Origin: Chloroflexota bacterium
GTDB taxonomy: Bacteria; Chloroflexota; UBA11872; VXOZ01
DNA length: 64,000 nucleotides
Reading direction: 5' to 3'
NCBI GenBank assembly: GCA_964291655.2
Contig: OZ219802.1
Span: 1,216,001-1,280,000 of the forward strand
A program made the position numbers and the translations under genes. This document shows, piece by piece, positions 1 to 10,221 of the stretch. Numbering within the stretch: position 1 is the stretch's first letter; each line of letters begins with the position of its first letter. The notes beneath the pieces were generated by a model. The model was not told the DNA's origin and searched no databases. It saw nothing but the letters and a program-made list of their open reading frames with translations.

Positions 1-502
1 CCTCAGCGGGGATCACCTTGCTGCCCGCGCCGCGCAGTTGCGCCTGCGATCCCATCATCATGGGAATATTCGGGCCGTAGACGTCGGCATCCAGCAGACC
101 TACCTCCGCGCCGGTCTGCGCCAGCGCAATTGCCAGATTCACAGCGGTGGTGGACTTGCCCACGCCGCCCTTGCCGCTGGCAACAAAGAGCACGTTCTTC
201 ACATCCGTCAAGAATTCCGCCGACTCAGGGGCCAGGCGCTTGGCCACTTCCGACCGCGTATCGATCTCCACGGCCTGTACGCCGGGCACGCCCAAAAGCG
301 CCTTCCGGCACTCGTTTTCCAGGTGCTCCTTCATGGGGCAGGCGGGGGTAGTCAGTACCAATTGAAAGGCCGCCGTACCCTTCTCAAAGGTCATTTCCCG
401 CACCATGTTCAGCGTAACGATGTCTTTATGCAGATCGGGGTCCTGCACCACGCGCAGCGCGTTTACCAGGTCGTCAGTTTGCGGAGTCCCATTCACTGCC
501 AT
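1..502 (-). CDS. mrp: Mrp/NBP35 (ApbC) Fe-S cluster carrier ATPase, 5' part; runs off the window edge
   Basis: Read by hand (not in the ORF track): ATG at 502, MAVNGTPQTDDLVNALRVVQDPDLHKDIVTLNMV...VKNVLFVASGKGGVGKSTTAVNLAIALAQTGAEVGLLDADVYGPNIP. This has the N-terminal FeS-assembly domain, deviant Walker A and DADxYGP. Confidence 0.93.
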   Translation of the reverse strand, partial: MAVNGTPQTDDLVNALRVVQDPDLHKDIVTLNMVREMTFEKGTAAFQLVLTTPACPMKEHLENECRKALLGVPGVQAVEIDTRSEVAKRLAPESAEFLTDVKNVLFVASGKGGVGKSTTAVNLAIALAQTGAEVGLLDADVYGPNIPMMMGSQAQLRGAGSKVIPAE

Positions 503-697
503 GCCCTAAAGCCTCTCTCTCAGTTTCTTGATTGTGCCGAATGTCCTGCGTTTGTAGAATGCAGCCAGTCTTGAGATTTCAACGTAAATTGACCAAGCGA
601 GCGGGATTGCATGGCACTTGCCCTAATCCTCTGTCTGAGTGAAGCTGCCACGTAGCTCCGTCAGGCACCTGAATGCCTACACTATCGACACCTGGCA

Positions 698-733
698 ACC
701 CCTCACCCAGGCCCTCTCCCCAGGGAGAAGGGG
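698..733. repeat. CCCTCACCC-CCCTCTCCC...GGGAGA(A)GGG REP-like hairpin
   Basis: Same hairpin family recurs at about 21549, 22944, 31617, 31766, 50390, 50450 and 50578. Confidence 0.7.
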
Positions 734-1071
734 AAATCCCCGCCCTTCTGGCGAAAGAAGCGCAAAAGTCTTATTTGGTAAAAGCCGAGCGCCTCATCCC
801 CTGCAACGCGCCGTGCCATTCAAGCAACACAACGCGGTTGCTTTACTTCAATAATTGCAGTATCGCTCAAGCTCAACGATAGCATGTTTGAAAACGGAGT
901 GTAAAGCAATCACACGCGCGATTCGCCTCGTGGTCGGGCGCGCGACGCGTCGTATCGCGGCCGGTACGTGCAGAATCACAGGGTAGAGTACAATGGGTTT
1001 TGATGGGAATTAGTGTCAGGTGCGACACCAATTGAGATTTCGTTTCGTGAAACTAAAAGACGAAGGATTGC

Positions 1072-2343
1072 TTGTCTATGTTCGATAAGACTGCCTTGGC
1101 AAACGGTATGCGCGTAGTCTCCGCCACACTTCCGCACACGCGCTCGGTATCGGTGATCGTGCTTGTGCGTGCCGGGTCTCGCTATGAGCGCGACCCTGAA
1201 GCCGGAATCGCCCATGTGTTTGAGCACATGCTCTTCAAAGGCAGCAAAGGTTGGCCGACGGCGCAGATAGTCAGTGAGTCCATCGAGGGTGTTGGCGGAT
1301 CGATGAACGCCAGCACGGATAAGGAAATCGTCGACTACTGGTGCCGCGTGGCCCAGCCGCACTACACATTGGCGATGGACTTGCTCGCCGACATCTTCCT
1401 GAACCCGCTGCTCGAGCATGAAGAACTGAAGCGCGAGCAAGGCGTCATCTTGGAAGAGCTGCGCATGTATCATGACGATCCCCGCAGTTGGGTCAGCATC
1501 CTGAGCGATCAGATCTGCTGGCCGGGGCACCCCCTGGGCAGGGATATTGGCGGCAGCGCCGAAACCGTGCAAGCAATCACGCCGGAGATGATCCACGATT
1601 ACCGCGGCCGCATGTATAGTCCGGAGAATACCGTGCTGGCAGTAGCGGGCAACATCACCCACGAGCAGGTGGTGGCCGATGCCGAACGCCTCTACAGCGC
1701 TTGGACGAACGGCGCGCCGGGGGACTACCTGCCCTGGACTGAAACCGATGCAGGACCCAATGCCATCGGCGAAGCGCGAGAATCTGTCGAGCAGATGACT
1801 ATGCTGCTTTCCTTCCCGAGCCTCTCGATGTTCGATGAAGACCGGTATGCGCTGGGCCTGCTCAATACCATCCTGGGTGAGGGCATGAGCTCACGCCTAT
1901 TCCTGGAGGTCAGAGAAAAGCGCGGTCTGGCCTATAGCGTCGGCTCCTACCCGCGCCACCAACTCGACACCGGCATCTTTACCATCTATGGCGGCGTTGA
2001 TCCCGATCATGCAGCGGATGCCCTGCACTGCATCATGGAGCAAGTACACGGTCTGCTAGAACCCGTTCCGGAGACGGAGCTGCGGAAAGCGAAGGAGTTT
2101 ACAAAAGGACACCTCCTGCTCGGCTTGGAAAGCACGCAAAGTGTGGCCGGTTGGGGCGGCGTGCGCGAGCTTCTCCACGGGGAACTCATCACGCCCGATG
2201 AAGCCGTTGCCCGCATCGAGGCGGTGACCGTGGACGATATCCAGCGCGTCGCTAAGCGACTCTTCCCTTCCAACGCCGCAAAACTCGCCGTGATGGGACC
2301 ACGTGACCTCAGCCAAGATCTCTTGCCAATCGTGACGCAATGA
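1072..2343 (+). CDS. M16 (pitrilysin) family zinc peptidase
   Basis: Inverted zinc motif HVFEH in GIAHVFEHMLFKG; MNASTDKE; C-terminal SSRLFLEVREKRGLAYSV. Confidence 0.93.
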   Translation: MSMFDKTALANGMRVVSATLPHTRSVSVIVLVRAGSRYERDPEAGIAHVFEHMLFKGSKGWPTAQIVSESIEGVGGSMNASTDKEIVDYWCRVAQPHYTLAMDLLADIFLNPLLEHEELKREQGVILEELRMYHDDPRSWVSILSDQICWPGHPLGRDIGGSAETVQAITPEMIHDYRGRMYSPENTVLAVAGNITHEQVVADAERLYSAWTNGAPGDYLPWTETDAGPNAIGEARESVEQMTMLLSFPSLSMFDEDRYALGLLNTILGEGMSSRLFLEVREKRGLAYSVGSYPRHQLDTGIFTIYGGVDPDHAADALHCIMEQVHGLLEPVPETELRKAKEFTKGHLLLGLESTQSVAGWGGVRELLHGELITPDEAVARIEAVTVDDIQRVAKRLFPSNAAKLAVMGPRDLSQDLLPIVTQ

Positions 2344-2401
2344 GGCAATTGCTCCACATGAGGCGCGACTGACACATTTCGCTTCCGGGAGGGACACGTA
2401 C

Positions 2402-2887
2402 GTGCGGCATAGGCGCAGTTTCAATGTCATTCTCACGACTCTGGGTGCTTTGTCACTCGTGTGCGTGTTCCTGACCGGATGTTCGCTCGGCGATAGCGAA
2501 GGTCCTCGCTTGGCGTTTAGCAGCAGTGTGCGTCTCGATACCGACGGGGCAACGCACATAACGATTGTGGTGCGGAATGTGGGAGAGCGACTCTATACCG
2601 ATGACGAAGAAATCGACGGCCGCGGCGAGGTGTTCAATAGTTCGGAGCAGTTGCTCGCACGCTTCGCAGAACAACCGATAGGGCGACTGGCGGTGAATGA
2701 GGAAGCAACGTTAGCCACCTGGCAGGGCACCCTGGAGCCGGACACGTATCTCATGCGTTGGACCACCTCCCGCTTCGGCGGAGTGGAGCTGGAATTCACC
2801 TTGCTTAAGCGCTATGGGGTGTTGGAAGTTGGCTCAATCAGGGAACGAATACTTGCGCCTGATCCCGCTCCCACATCCCCCTCCTAG
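2402..2887 (+). CDS. Hypothetical lipoprotein, beta-rich (possibly Ig-like)
   Basis: Signal peptide with lipobox LTGC; GGAGG RBS upstream of GTG. Confidence 0.65.
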   Translation: MRHRRSFNVILTTLGALSLVCVFLTGCSLGDSEGPRLAFSSSVRLDTDGATHITIVVRNVGERLYTDDEEIDGRGEVFNSSEQLLARFAEQPIGRLAVNEEATLATWQGTLEPDTYLMRWTTSRFGGVELEFTLLKRYGVLEVGSIRERILAPDPAPTSPS

Positions 2888-3008
2888 TTTGGCGAGTGCT
2901 CGCATCCCTTGCAGCACAATCCGCCTTGGCGGACTTGGGTTGTACGCGTATCCATCCGGTGGACGTAGCTTGTCATTGGGCAAATGCCCGTCTCAATGCA
3001 GATAAGGC

Positions 3009-3866
3009 TCATTTGCAGGCGCTCACCGCCTCTTTTCTCCCTTTACGCGCTCTGATAACGATGCCCACGGAGGGAGTACTCTCAGTGCGAATCGGCTGTG
3101 GATCGTCAAACGCGTTTACCAGACGCCGCGCCCAGGAAATCCAGCGAGAGTTCTTCTCTTCTTGACCGAACCGATTGCACGAAGTGCAGAATCCACTTTC
3201 AATGATGTTCTTGCCGATACCGTATAGCAAGAAGTGGGCAAACGGCAGGCATCGCGGCGTTGTAAACCACAATTCCTCGATCACAAACCCGGCCGCACGA
3301 ACGCTGCGAGTAATCTCTTCCGCCGAATAGAGCCGCACGTGATCCGCCCAAATGCCGGCAAGCCACCAAATATGCGCGGGCACGTGCGTGCCAAAAGCGC
3401 GTTCGAGAATCCAATTCAAAGGGTCCCACAGGAATGGATACTTCGCGTGAGGCACCGAGATGAGTAGCAGTCCGCTATCGCCGAGCACACGATGTAATTC
3501 CGCAAGCGCAGCACCGTCTTCGACAATATGTTCCAGCACTTCGGAGCACACAACCGCATCAAACGCATCTGCTCCGAATGGCAGTGCATAAGCGTCCGCG
3601 CGCCCAAGATCTACGGCTGTGTTCTTTGTCTGCACCTTGGCCGCGGCGACGTAGTCTGCGTTGAAATCTATGCCGATTACACCGGCCTGGGGATAGAGCG
3701 TGCTGAGAGCCTTCACATAGAAACCTCGACCGCAGCCGACGTCGAGAATGTGGCCACCGCCGGCGGGCTGAAGATGGCGCAGGATCAGCGCGGCTCTTGC
3801 GGCAAACGCAGGGTCGATTTCACGTGCCAGGTATCCGGCAATGGACTCGTCAAGAGAAGGTGTCAT
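3009..3866 (-). CDS. Class I SAM-dependent methyltransferase
   Basis: ILDVGCGRG motif I; ADAYALPFGADAFDAVVCSEVLEHI. Confidence 0.9.
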   Translation of the reverse strand: MTPSLDESIAGYLAREIDPAFAARAALILRHLQPAGGGHILDVGCGRGFYVKALSTLYPQAGVIGIDFNADYVAAAKVQTKNTAVDLGRADAYALPFGADAFDAVVCSEVLEHIVEDGAALAELHRVLGDSGLLLISVPHAKYPFLWDPLNWILERAFGTHVPAHIWWLAGIWADHVRLYSAEEITRSVRAAGFVIEELWFTTPRCLPFAHFLLYGIGKNIIESGFCTSCNRFGQEEKNSRWISWARRLVNAFDDPQPIRTESTPSVGIVIRARKGRKEAVSACK

Positions 3867-4215
3867 GCTTGACTATCCCAGTTTTTCCCTTACAACGACA
3901 TCTGCGCTAAGGACGTGCCTGTAACTGATGTTCTCCTACGTCCAGCACACAATGCGCATCGGCGCGGCACCACCCCGGCCGGCGGCATACCGCGCCGTGG
4001 CTGTTTCTCAACGTAGCGAGGTGCACCGAATCGTAGTAGCATACAAGCTATCACAGAATACAGTCTAGCCTACGTTGTTCTTCGTGCGCTCGCAGGGCAA
4101 TGCTACGTTTTGCAGAGGCGCATCCCAAACTGCCGCGCACCTTCAATTCCTGCCACGAGATGTCACATGTACGCCAAACTCATACCGTCGAGCGCGTGCA
4201 TGTAGGAAATCCGCC

Positions 4216-5421
4216 ATGCGCATCCTCTACCTCACAACGTATTACCTGCCGCACAGCAGTGGCATTACCGCTTACATGCACCGCGTCGCTCGGGGGCTGG
4301 CTCAGCGCGGCCATTCGGTTACAGTGCTTACCTCCCGTCACGACTCTGCGCTGAATGCAGACGAGTTGTTGGACGGCGTTCGCATCGTACGGCTTCCAGT
4401 ACTCTTTCGCGTCAGCAAAGGGCCGGTGATGCCCGCGTTCTTTGGTGTTCTGGGCGCATACTTGCAGGAGCACGATGTAGTTCACGTCCACCTCCCCTTT
4501 CTTGAAGCTGCTTATGCGGCCATCATGAATCGCAGGCGCAGACCGCTAATCCTCACAGTCCATACCGATCTTCATTTGCCTGCGGGGGTTGTCAACCGGC
4601 TCGCGAGTGCCGCAGTCAACGTGATGCAGCGCGTTGCGGCGCGGCGCGCGGATTGGCTATGTTCCTACACGTGGGACTTTGCTCGACACTCGTACCTCCT
4701 TTCCCCCTTACTCAGAAAGGCACTGGTTATTCACCCGCCGGTCACGGTAGCCGCCCCAACTGAGGCAGACATCGCTGCCTTTCGCCTGCAACATGGTCTT
4801 GACGGAACGCTCATTGGGTTTGCCGGTCGCTTTGCCGAGCAGAAAGGCCTCCATGTGCTATTCGACGCCCTAGCTAAAGTGCAATGCCGCGTGCCGCACG
4901 CACGTCTGGTGATTGCGGGTGAGTACCGCAATGTCGTTGGTGAAAGCTACTACGCCCGTTTGCGTCCTCAACTTGACGCACTGGGGGATCGAGTTGTGCT
5001 ACTGGGGCATCTGGAAGGGAAGTCGCTTGCCTGCTTTTACGCGGCATGTGATGTTCTGGCGCTTCCGAGCACAAGCCCGATGGAGTCGTTTGGCATCGTG
5101 CAGGTTGAAGCCATGCTGTGCGGCACACCGGTCGTCGCGTCCGATCTTCCCGGCTGTCGCCAAGCGGTACGCCTCACCGGCATGGGACGCATTGCGTCGC
5201 CAGGTGACAGCGATGCTCTGGCCGAGGCCTTGCTGGCAGTGCTAGAAGACCCCGACCGCTACACGCAGTCACCCCACGAGATTGCCCATGTTTTCGACTA
5301 CGAGCGCACCATAGACTTGCACGAAGAGCTATATCGCACGAATAGGGTTGCCGAGGACGACCGCAAATTCGAGCCGCCGGCTGCTTCCCAAGGGTCACGC
5401 CAAGAGTTGCAAGTGGAATGA
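4216..5421 (+). CDS. GT4 family glycosyltransferase
   Basis: MRILYLTTYYLP start at ATG 4216; FAGRFAEQKG; ESFGIVQVEAMLCGTPVVASD (ExFGxxxxE). Confidence 0.92.
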   Translation: MRILYLTTYYLPHSSGITAYMHRVARGLAQRGHSVTVLTSRHDSALNADELLDGVRIVRLPVLFRVSKGPVMPAFFGVLGAYLQEHDVVHVHLPFLEAAYAAIMNRRRRPLILTVHTDLHLPAGVVNRLASAAVNVMQRVAARRADWLCSYTWDFARHSYLLSPLLRKALVIHPPVTVAAPTEADIAAFRLQHGLDGTLIGFAGRFAEQKGLHVLFDALAKVQCRVPHARLVIAGEYRNVVGESYYARLRPQLDALGDRVVLLGHLEGKSLACFYAACDVLALPSTSPMESFGIVQVEAMLCGTPVVASDLPGCRQAVRLTGMGRIASPGDSDALAEALLAVLEDPDRYTQSPHEIAHVFDYERTIDLHEELYRTNRVAEDDRKFEPPAASQGSRQELQVE

Positions 5422-8400
5422 GTAGCCCTGCCACATCCGAAACTGCATCCAGGAGCCAGCGCCGCTCCGGCCGCGCCCTCGCCGGAGATGTGTTTGGCCT
5501 GGGAATTTACGGTATTTGGCGATTCGGACCGTGGCTGCTTCTCGCCACAGCGCTGTTGGTCGGCGCGTGGTTCCGGTTCACCGGCCTGGACTGGGATGCC
5601 AGCACGCATCTCCATCCGGATGAACGTCATATCACCATTACGACGGCGCAGGTGCAGTGGCCGGAATCTCCCTTGCAGTACTTCGATTCGGAGACCTCGC
5701 CCCTCAATCCATACAATCAAGGCGTAGGCTCCTTCGTCTACGGCACGCTGCCCATGTTCGTCACCAAGGCCGCGGCCGGCATTGTGGACAAAGATGCCTA
5801 CGACGGCATTCACCTCGTCGGTCGTTTCCTCACGGCCACATTGGATGTCCTCATTATTCTGCTTGTCTTCCTCATTGCTCGCCGTCTGAGCGGCCGCTGG
5901 GGAGGAGCATTGGCCGCCGCTCTCTACGCGTGCGCGGTGCAGGCGATCCAGCAAGCTCACTTCTATACTGCCGACACGTGGGTAACATTCTTCGCTACAT
6001 TTGCGCTCTGGTGGGCGCTCCGCTGGCAAGAAGATGGCCGGTGGTACAACCTGGTCGGTGTCAGCGTCATTGCCGGCATGGCCCTGGCAAGCAAACTTGG
6101 CGTCGCCACGCTTGCCGTTCCGATCGGCGTTGCATTCATGTTGCGTGCCTGGCGGGAAACGCAACCGCCGGCCTTGGCCCTGACCGGACGTCTGCTGGCG
6201 CGTCTCGGCGGCCATCTGCTGTTGGGCGGTGTGCTGGTGTATGCTACGCTTCGCCTCTTCTTGCCGTATGTGTTTGCATCTGCTTCCCCATGGGTCCCAC
6301 GGCTCAATCCGCGTTATACCCAGGACATCGAGACTTTGCGCTATTTGGCGGGGGGAGAGGCAGACTTTCCGCCGTCGTTTAGCTGGGCTACGGCCAACTA
6401 CCCATTGTTTCCTCTCGAACAAATGTTTCGCTGGGAAATGGGGTGGGCGCTCGCGGCAGTTGCGTGGCTGGGGTTACTCTGGGGCATCTGGCGCATACTA
6501 CGGCACAAAAACCTAGTTTTCGCGCCTGTTGTCGTGTGGGTGATTGTGCACTACGGCTACCAGGCCGCTCAATTCGCCAAACCGGGTCGCTACTTTTTGC
6601 CGGTCTATCCGGCACTTGCTGTACTTGGCGGCGTATTCCTCTGCTGGTTCGCCTACAATCTCTCGCAGGGCAATGTACACGCCTGGCTGCAACGCATCGG
6701 CCCGCTGGCAAGGTTTGCCCGTAGAGAAAGAGCCGCACGGCGCAGCCGATGGCTGCCTTACGCCGGCCTGGGACTTACAGTCGTCGTGCTGATGGGTGCA
6801 TTTGCCTGGGCATTTGCCTACACACGAATCTACACCGAGCCGGTGGCCCGCGTACGCGCTAGCGAATGGATCTATCGGAACGTCCCAGCCGGCGCAGTGC
6901 TCGCAGCAGAACACTGGGATGACGCGCTCCCGCTGCGGCTCTCCGAGCAGGTGGGCACACCCGGCCAATTTCAATATGTCCAGCTTCCCGTCTTCGCCCC
7001 GGACACGAGCGAAAAACTGGAGGAGATGGTCCACGCCTTGACTCAAGCGGACTACGTTGTCATCAGCAGCAACCGCACCCACGGCGTCATCCGGCAGCTG
7101 CCGGCGCGCTATCCCATGACGGCGCAGTACTATCGTCAGATCTTCGCGGGTACGCTTGGCTTTGCACCCCTGCGGACCTTCACGCATTTTCCCAGTCTCT
7201 TCGGCTGGGAAATCGACGATAGTCAAGCGGAAGAGCAGTTCATTGTTTTCGACCATCCGACGGTCCATGTCTTCGTGAAGACCGCCGACTTCGATCCGGA
7301 ACGGGTGAGAGCAGTGTTCTCACCGCACCTTTCGACCTTCCCTCAAGCCCTCACACCGGGTCAACTTGCGTATAACGGCCTCTTACTTACTGCGGCGCAG
7401 CAGGAGGGCCTCAAAGAGCGCGGCACGTGGTCGGCGTACTTCGACCGCAACAGCATCGTCAACGCTGTGCCGTGGCTGGTGTGGTGGCTGGCGATTCTGC
7501 TCCTGGGTTGGATAACCTGGCCCTTGCTGTGGCGCATCTTTCCCGTGGTGCCCGATCACGGCTATCTGCTGGCGAAGAGCATCGGTCTTCTCTTCAGCGC
7601 GTACATCCCCTGGTTGCTGGCAAGTTACGGCATGCCCGTAACCGGACGCGCCGGCACACTGCTTGCCATCGCAGTGATTGGACTGGCCAGCACCTGGGTG
7701 CTTAGCCGCACCTGGCAGCGATTCATTCACTTCTTGAAAAAACAACGCGCGGAAATCTTGATTGGCGAAGCAGTCTTTACCGGCGTCTTTGTGTTCTTCC
7801 TTTGGGTGCGCCTGACGAATCCCGATCTCTGGCATCAGCACTACGGCGGCGAGAAACCGATGGACTTTGCCCACGTGAATGCCCTCATCAAAGCCGGAGC
7901 GTATCCGCCGTACGATCCGTGGTTCGCGGGCGGTTATGTCAACTATTACTACATGGGGCACCAGGTTTTCAGCTCCTTGATTCGCTTGCTCGGAATCGTA
8001 CCGTCGGTGGCGTACAACCTGGTCGTGCCGCTGATTGCCGCCCTTCTGGCGGCAAACGTCTACACGTTTGGGACTACGGTATGGCGTCACGCCACGCGCG
8101 GCATGCGGCTGCTCGCGGGAGTTGGCGGAATCGTCTTCGTAACGTTGCTAGGCAACTTGGAAGCCGCCATGCAGTGGTTTCGGAAACTAGCGGCGATTGA
8201 TACTCCCGACCACTTACCCACAGGCGGCGCATGGCTGGGACAAACCCTGGGCAACCTACTACGGGGCGAGCCGCCACCCGGCTTTGACTACTGGCTCAGC
8301 ACGCGGCTGATCGAAGGCGCCATTCACGAATTTCCCTTCTTCAGCTTCCTCTACGGCGACCTGCATCCCCATGTGCTGGCGCTTCCGTTCACAATGGTGG

Positions 8401-9779
8401 TGCCGGTGGTCGCTTTGGCCTTTGTCTTGAGCTACCGGAATAGACCTGCGTACGAAGCGCAGATCACCGGCCCGGCTCCGGTCAATTGGCTGCGTCCGCT
8501 GCTGCGCTTTCCCACGTTACCGCTGTTGCTTCTCGGTGGGTTTGTGCTGGGCTTTCTCCGTACCGCGAATACGTGGGACTATCCTACCTACGCTTTGCTC
8601 CTCGGCGGCGCGGTGGTGCTGGTCGAACGCCGCGCTCTGATTCGCCTGGAGATTCCGGCATGGGCACGCCTCGGCGCAGCAGGTATCGGACTGTATCTCG
8701 TCGGTCGCATCGCCTTTGCCCCGTATCTCGACCACTACCAGTCGTTTTTCCTCGGCGTAAACGGCACTGAATTCCAGACCCCGCTATGGCAGTATCTCGT
8801 GATTCACGGCGTGCCGCTTCTCTTCGTCGCCGCTTTCTTGGTGCGGGAGTTGCTCCAATTGCGTAGGGGGTACGACATCCGCGTCTTGGGCACATTGCTC
8901 GTACTTCAGATTGCGCTCGCCAGCGTGCTCTGGCAGCGGCCGATCGTCCTCTTGCTTCAGATTGCCCTTGTGTTGGCGCTCCTCGTGGCATTGCGCCCCC
9001 AAGCGGCGCGACCCACTCGACTGCTGGCCGGCATGGTAGCGCTGGCGGCGCTGCTGGGAATCTTCCCTGAATTCCTCGCCATAGACGGCGACGTGGGGCG
9101 CATGAACACCGTCTTCAAATTCTATCTCCAAGCCTGGACTCTGCTGGCACTCGTAGCGGCTGCCATGCTGCCGTACCTCTGGCAGCAGATCCACTTGCGG
9201 CGCATTCTCCTGCCGGTGGGCGCACTGCTCGTCTTGCTGGCCCTGCTTTACCCGCTCTCGGCGATTCCGAGCCGCGGCCAGCACCGCCTGGTGCCGGACC
9301 TCGTCACTCTGGACGGCGCGGCGTTCATGGAGCAGGCGGTAATCCACGATCAGGACCGCGAAATACCGCTCAAGTGGGATGCGGAAGCAATCCGCTGGCT
9401 GCAAGACAATATAGAAGGTACACCCACGATGTTGGAAGCGACCATCCCGTATTTCCGCTGGGGCGCGCGCGTCGCCATTCACACCGGCCTGCCCACGGTG
9501 CTGGGCTGGGACTCGCATGAATGGCTCCAGCGCTGGGAATACCGTCCCATGATCGAGCAACGCAGGGTGGACGTTCAGACGATCTACGAGACCGCCGACT
9601 ACGGCCTGGCTTTGCGGCTGCTGCGGCAATACAACGTGGACTACATCTACCTGGGAGACCTGGAACGCGCCTACTACACGGGCCCGGGCCTGGGGAAATT
9701 CGACCTGATGGGCGATCTGGGAATTAAGCCAGTCTACGCCAACGAACGGGTGACGATCTACCGCGTGGAGCGGGGTTAG
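5418..9779 (+). CDS. Large membrane protein: PMT/GT-C-like module fused to DUF2298 (Chlor_Arch_YYY) module
   Basis: N-terminal HLHPDER motif; GGEKPMDF...PPYDPWFAGGYVNYYYMG; EFPFFSFLYGDLHPH; RMNTVFKFY; GLPTVLGW. ATGA overlap with the GT4 gene. Confidence 0.88.
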   Translation: MSSPATSETASRSQRRSGRALAGDVFGLGIYGIWRFGPWLLLATALLVGAWFRFTGLDWDASTHLHPDERHITITTAQVQWPESPLQYFDSETSPLNPYNQGVGSFVYGTLPMFVTKAAAGIVDKDAYDGIHLVGRFLTATLDVLIILLVFLIARRLSGRWGGALAAALYACAVQAIQQAHFYTADTWVTFFATFALWWALRWQEDGRWYNLVGVSVIAGMALASKLGVATLAVPIGVAFMLRAWRETQPPALALTGRLLARLGGHLLLGGVLVYATLRLFLPYVFASASPWVPRLNPRYTQDIETLRYLAGGEADFPPSFSWATANYPLFPLEQMFRWEMGWALAAVAWLGLLWGIWRILRHKNLVFAPVVVWVIVHYGYQAAQFAKPGRYFLPVYPALAVLGGVFLCWFAYNLSQGNVHAWLQRIGPLARFARRERAARRSRWLPYAGLGLTVVVLMGAFAWAFAYTRIYTEPVARVRASEWIYRNVPAGAVLAAEHWDDALPLRLSEQVGTPGQFQYVQLPVFAPDTSEKLEEMVHALTQADYVVISSNRTHGVIRQLPARYPMTAQYYRQIFAGTLGFAPLRTFTHFPSLFGWEIDDSQAEEQFIVFDHPTVHVFVKTADFDPERVRAVFSPHLSTFPQALTPGQLAYNGLLLTAAQQEGLKERGTWSAYFDRNSIVNAVPWLVWWLAILLLGWITWPLLWRIFPVVPDHGYLLAKSIGLLFSAYIPWLLASYGMPVTGRAGTLLAIAVIGLASTWVLSRTWQRFIHFLKKQRAEILIGEAVFTGVFVFFLWVRLTNPDLWHQHYGGEKPMDFAHVNALIKAGAYPPYDPWFAGGYVNYYYMGHQVFSSLIRLLGIVPSVAYNLVVPLIAALLAANVYTFGTTVWRHATRGMRLLAGVGGIVFVTLLGNLEAAMQWFRKLAAIDTPDHLPTGGAWLGQTLGNLLRGEPPPGFDYWLSTRLIEGAIHEFPFFSFLYGDLHPHVLALPFTMVVPVVALAFVLSYRNRPAYEAQITGPAPVNWLRPLLRFPTLPLLLLGGFVLGFLRTANTWDYPTYALLLGGAVVLVERRALIRLEIPAWARLGAAGIGLYLVGRIAFAPYLDHYQSFFLGVNGTEFQTPLWQYLVIHGVPLLFVAAFLVRELLQLRRGYDIRVLGTLLVLQIALASVLWQRPIVLLLQIALVLALLVALRPQAARPTRLLAGMVALAALLGIFPEFLAIDGDVGRMNTVFKFYLQAWTLLALVAAAMLPYLWQQIHLRRILLPVGALLVLLALLYPLSAIPSRGQHRLVPDLVTLDGAAFMEQAVIHDQDREIPLKWDAEAIRWLQDNIEGTPTMLEATIPYFRWGARVAIHTGLPTVLGWDSHEWLQRWEYRPMIEQRRVDVQTIYETADYGLALRLLRQYNVDYIYLGDLERAYYTGPGLGKFDLMGDLGIKPVYANERVTIYRVERG

Positions 9780-9854
9780 GCGAGGACCGGCCTACTCAAA
9801 GGGACTCTCACAGGTTATTGCGCCTTGAACTTGGAATAGAATCGCGCCGCAATT

Positions 9855-9935
9855 GCCGTCATTTGTATGTTGATGAAGGCGTACAAATGCGCGACTGTCT
9901 GCGGGTAACGCGAGAGGCGCGTCGTCCGTCATTGC
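9855..9935 (-). repeat. ~80-nt REP-adjacent segment homologous to 44208-44289
   Basis: Reverse complement AATGACGGACGACGCGCCTCTCGCGTT...TTGTACGCCTTCATCAACATACAAATGACGG aligns by eye with the sequence beside the GIY-YIG locus. Confidence 0.7.
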
Positions 9936-9967
9936 CATGAAAATAGCACGGCAGACTCCGTCATTCC

Positions 9968-10221
9968 TGTAAGTGTTGAGTAATTCGTTGACAGAATTCT
10001 CTCCCAAATTGGCAGTGTTGACAGATCATGTCATTCCGAGCGGAGCGAGGAATCTAGGGCCCATGCAACGTGTCGCCCAATAGGCTCAACATCTTAGATT
10101 CCGCGCTCCGAGCGACTCTTCGCTGCGCTCCGTTCGGAATGACATGTGTACTGTTCATGTACAGTACTGCGTTCACCTGCTTTTGTTCTCAAATCTGTCA
10201 ACGAATTACCTGACATTTACA
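9968..10221. mobile_element. MITE family C (TGT...ACA ends, IS481-like), copy 1
   Basis: ~28-bp TIRs TGTAAGTGTTGAGTAATTCGTTGACAGA / TCTGTCAACGAATTACCTGACATTTACA; ATTCC direct repeats at 9963-9967 and 10222-10226; it interrupts a CGTCATTCCCGCTTGCGCGGGAATCCA REP. Confidence 0.85.

Noticed and set aside
38-574. 178-aa plus-strand ORF
   Set aside because: Antisense shadow of mrp, which has clear motifs on the minus strand.
9968-10221. Tn7-like ends (TGT...ACA with 5-bp duplication)
   Set aside because: Ends are short, with no arrays of TnsB sites and no tns genes; an IS481-type MITE is simpler.
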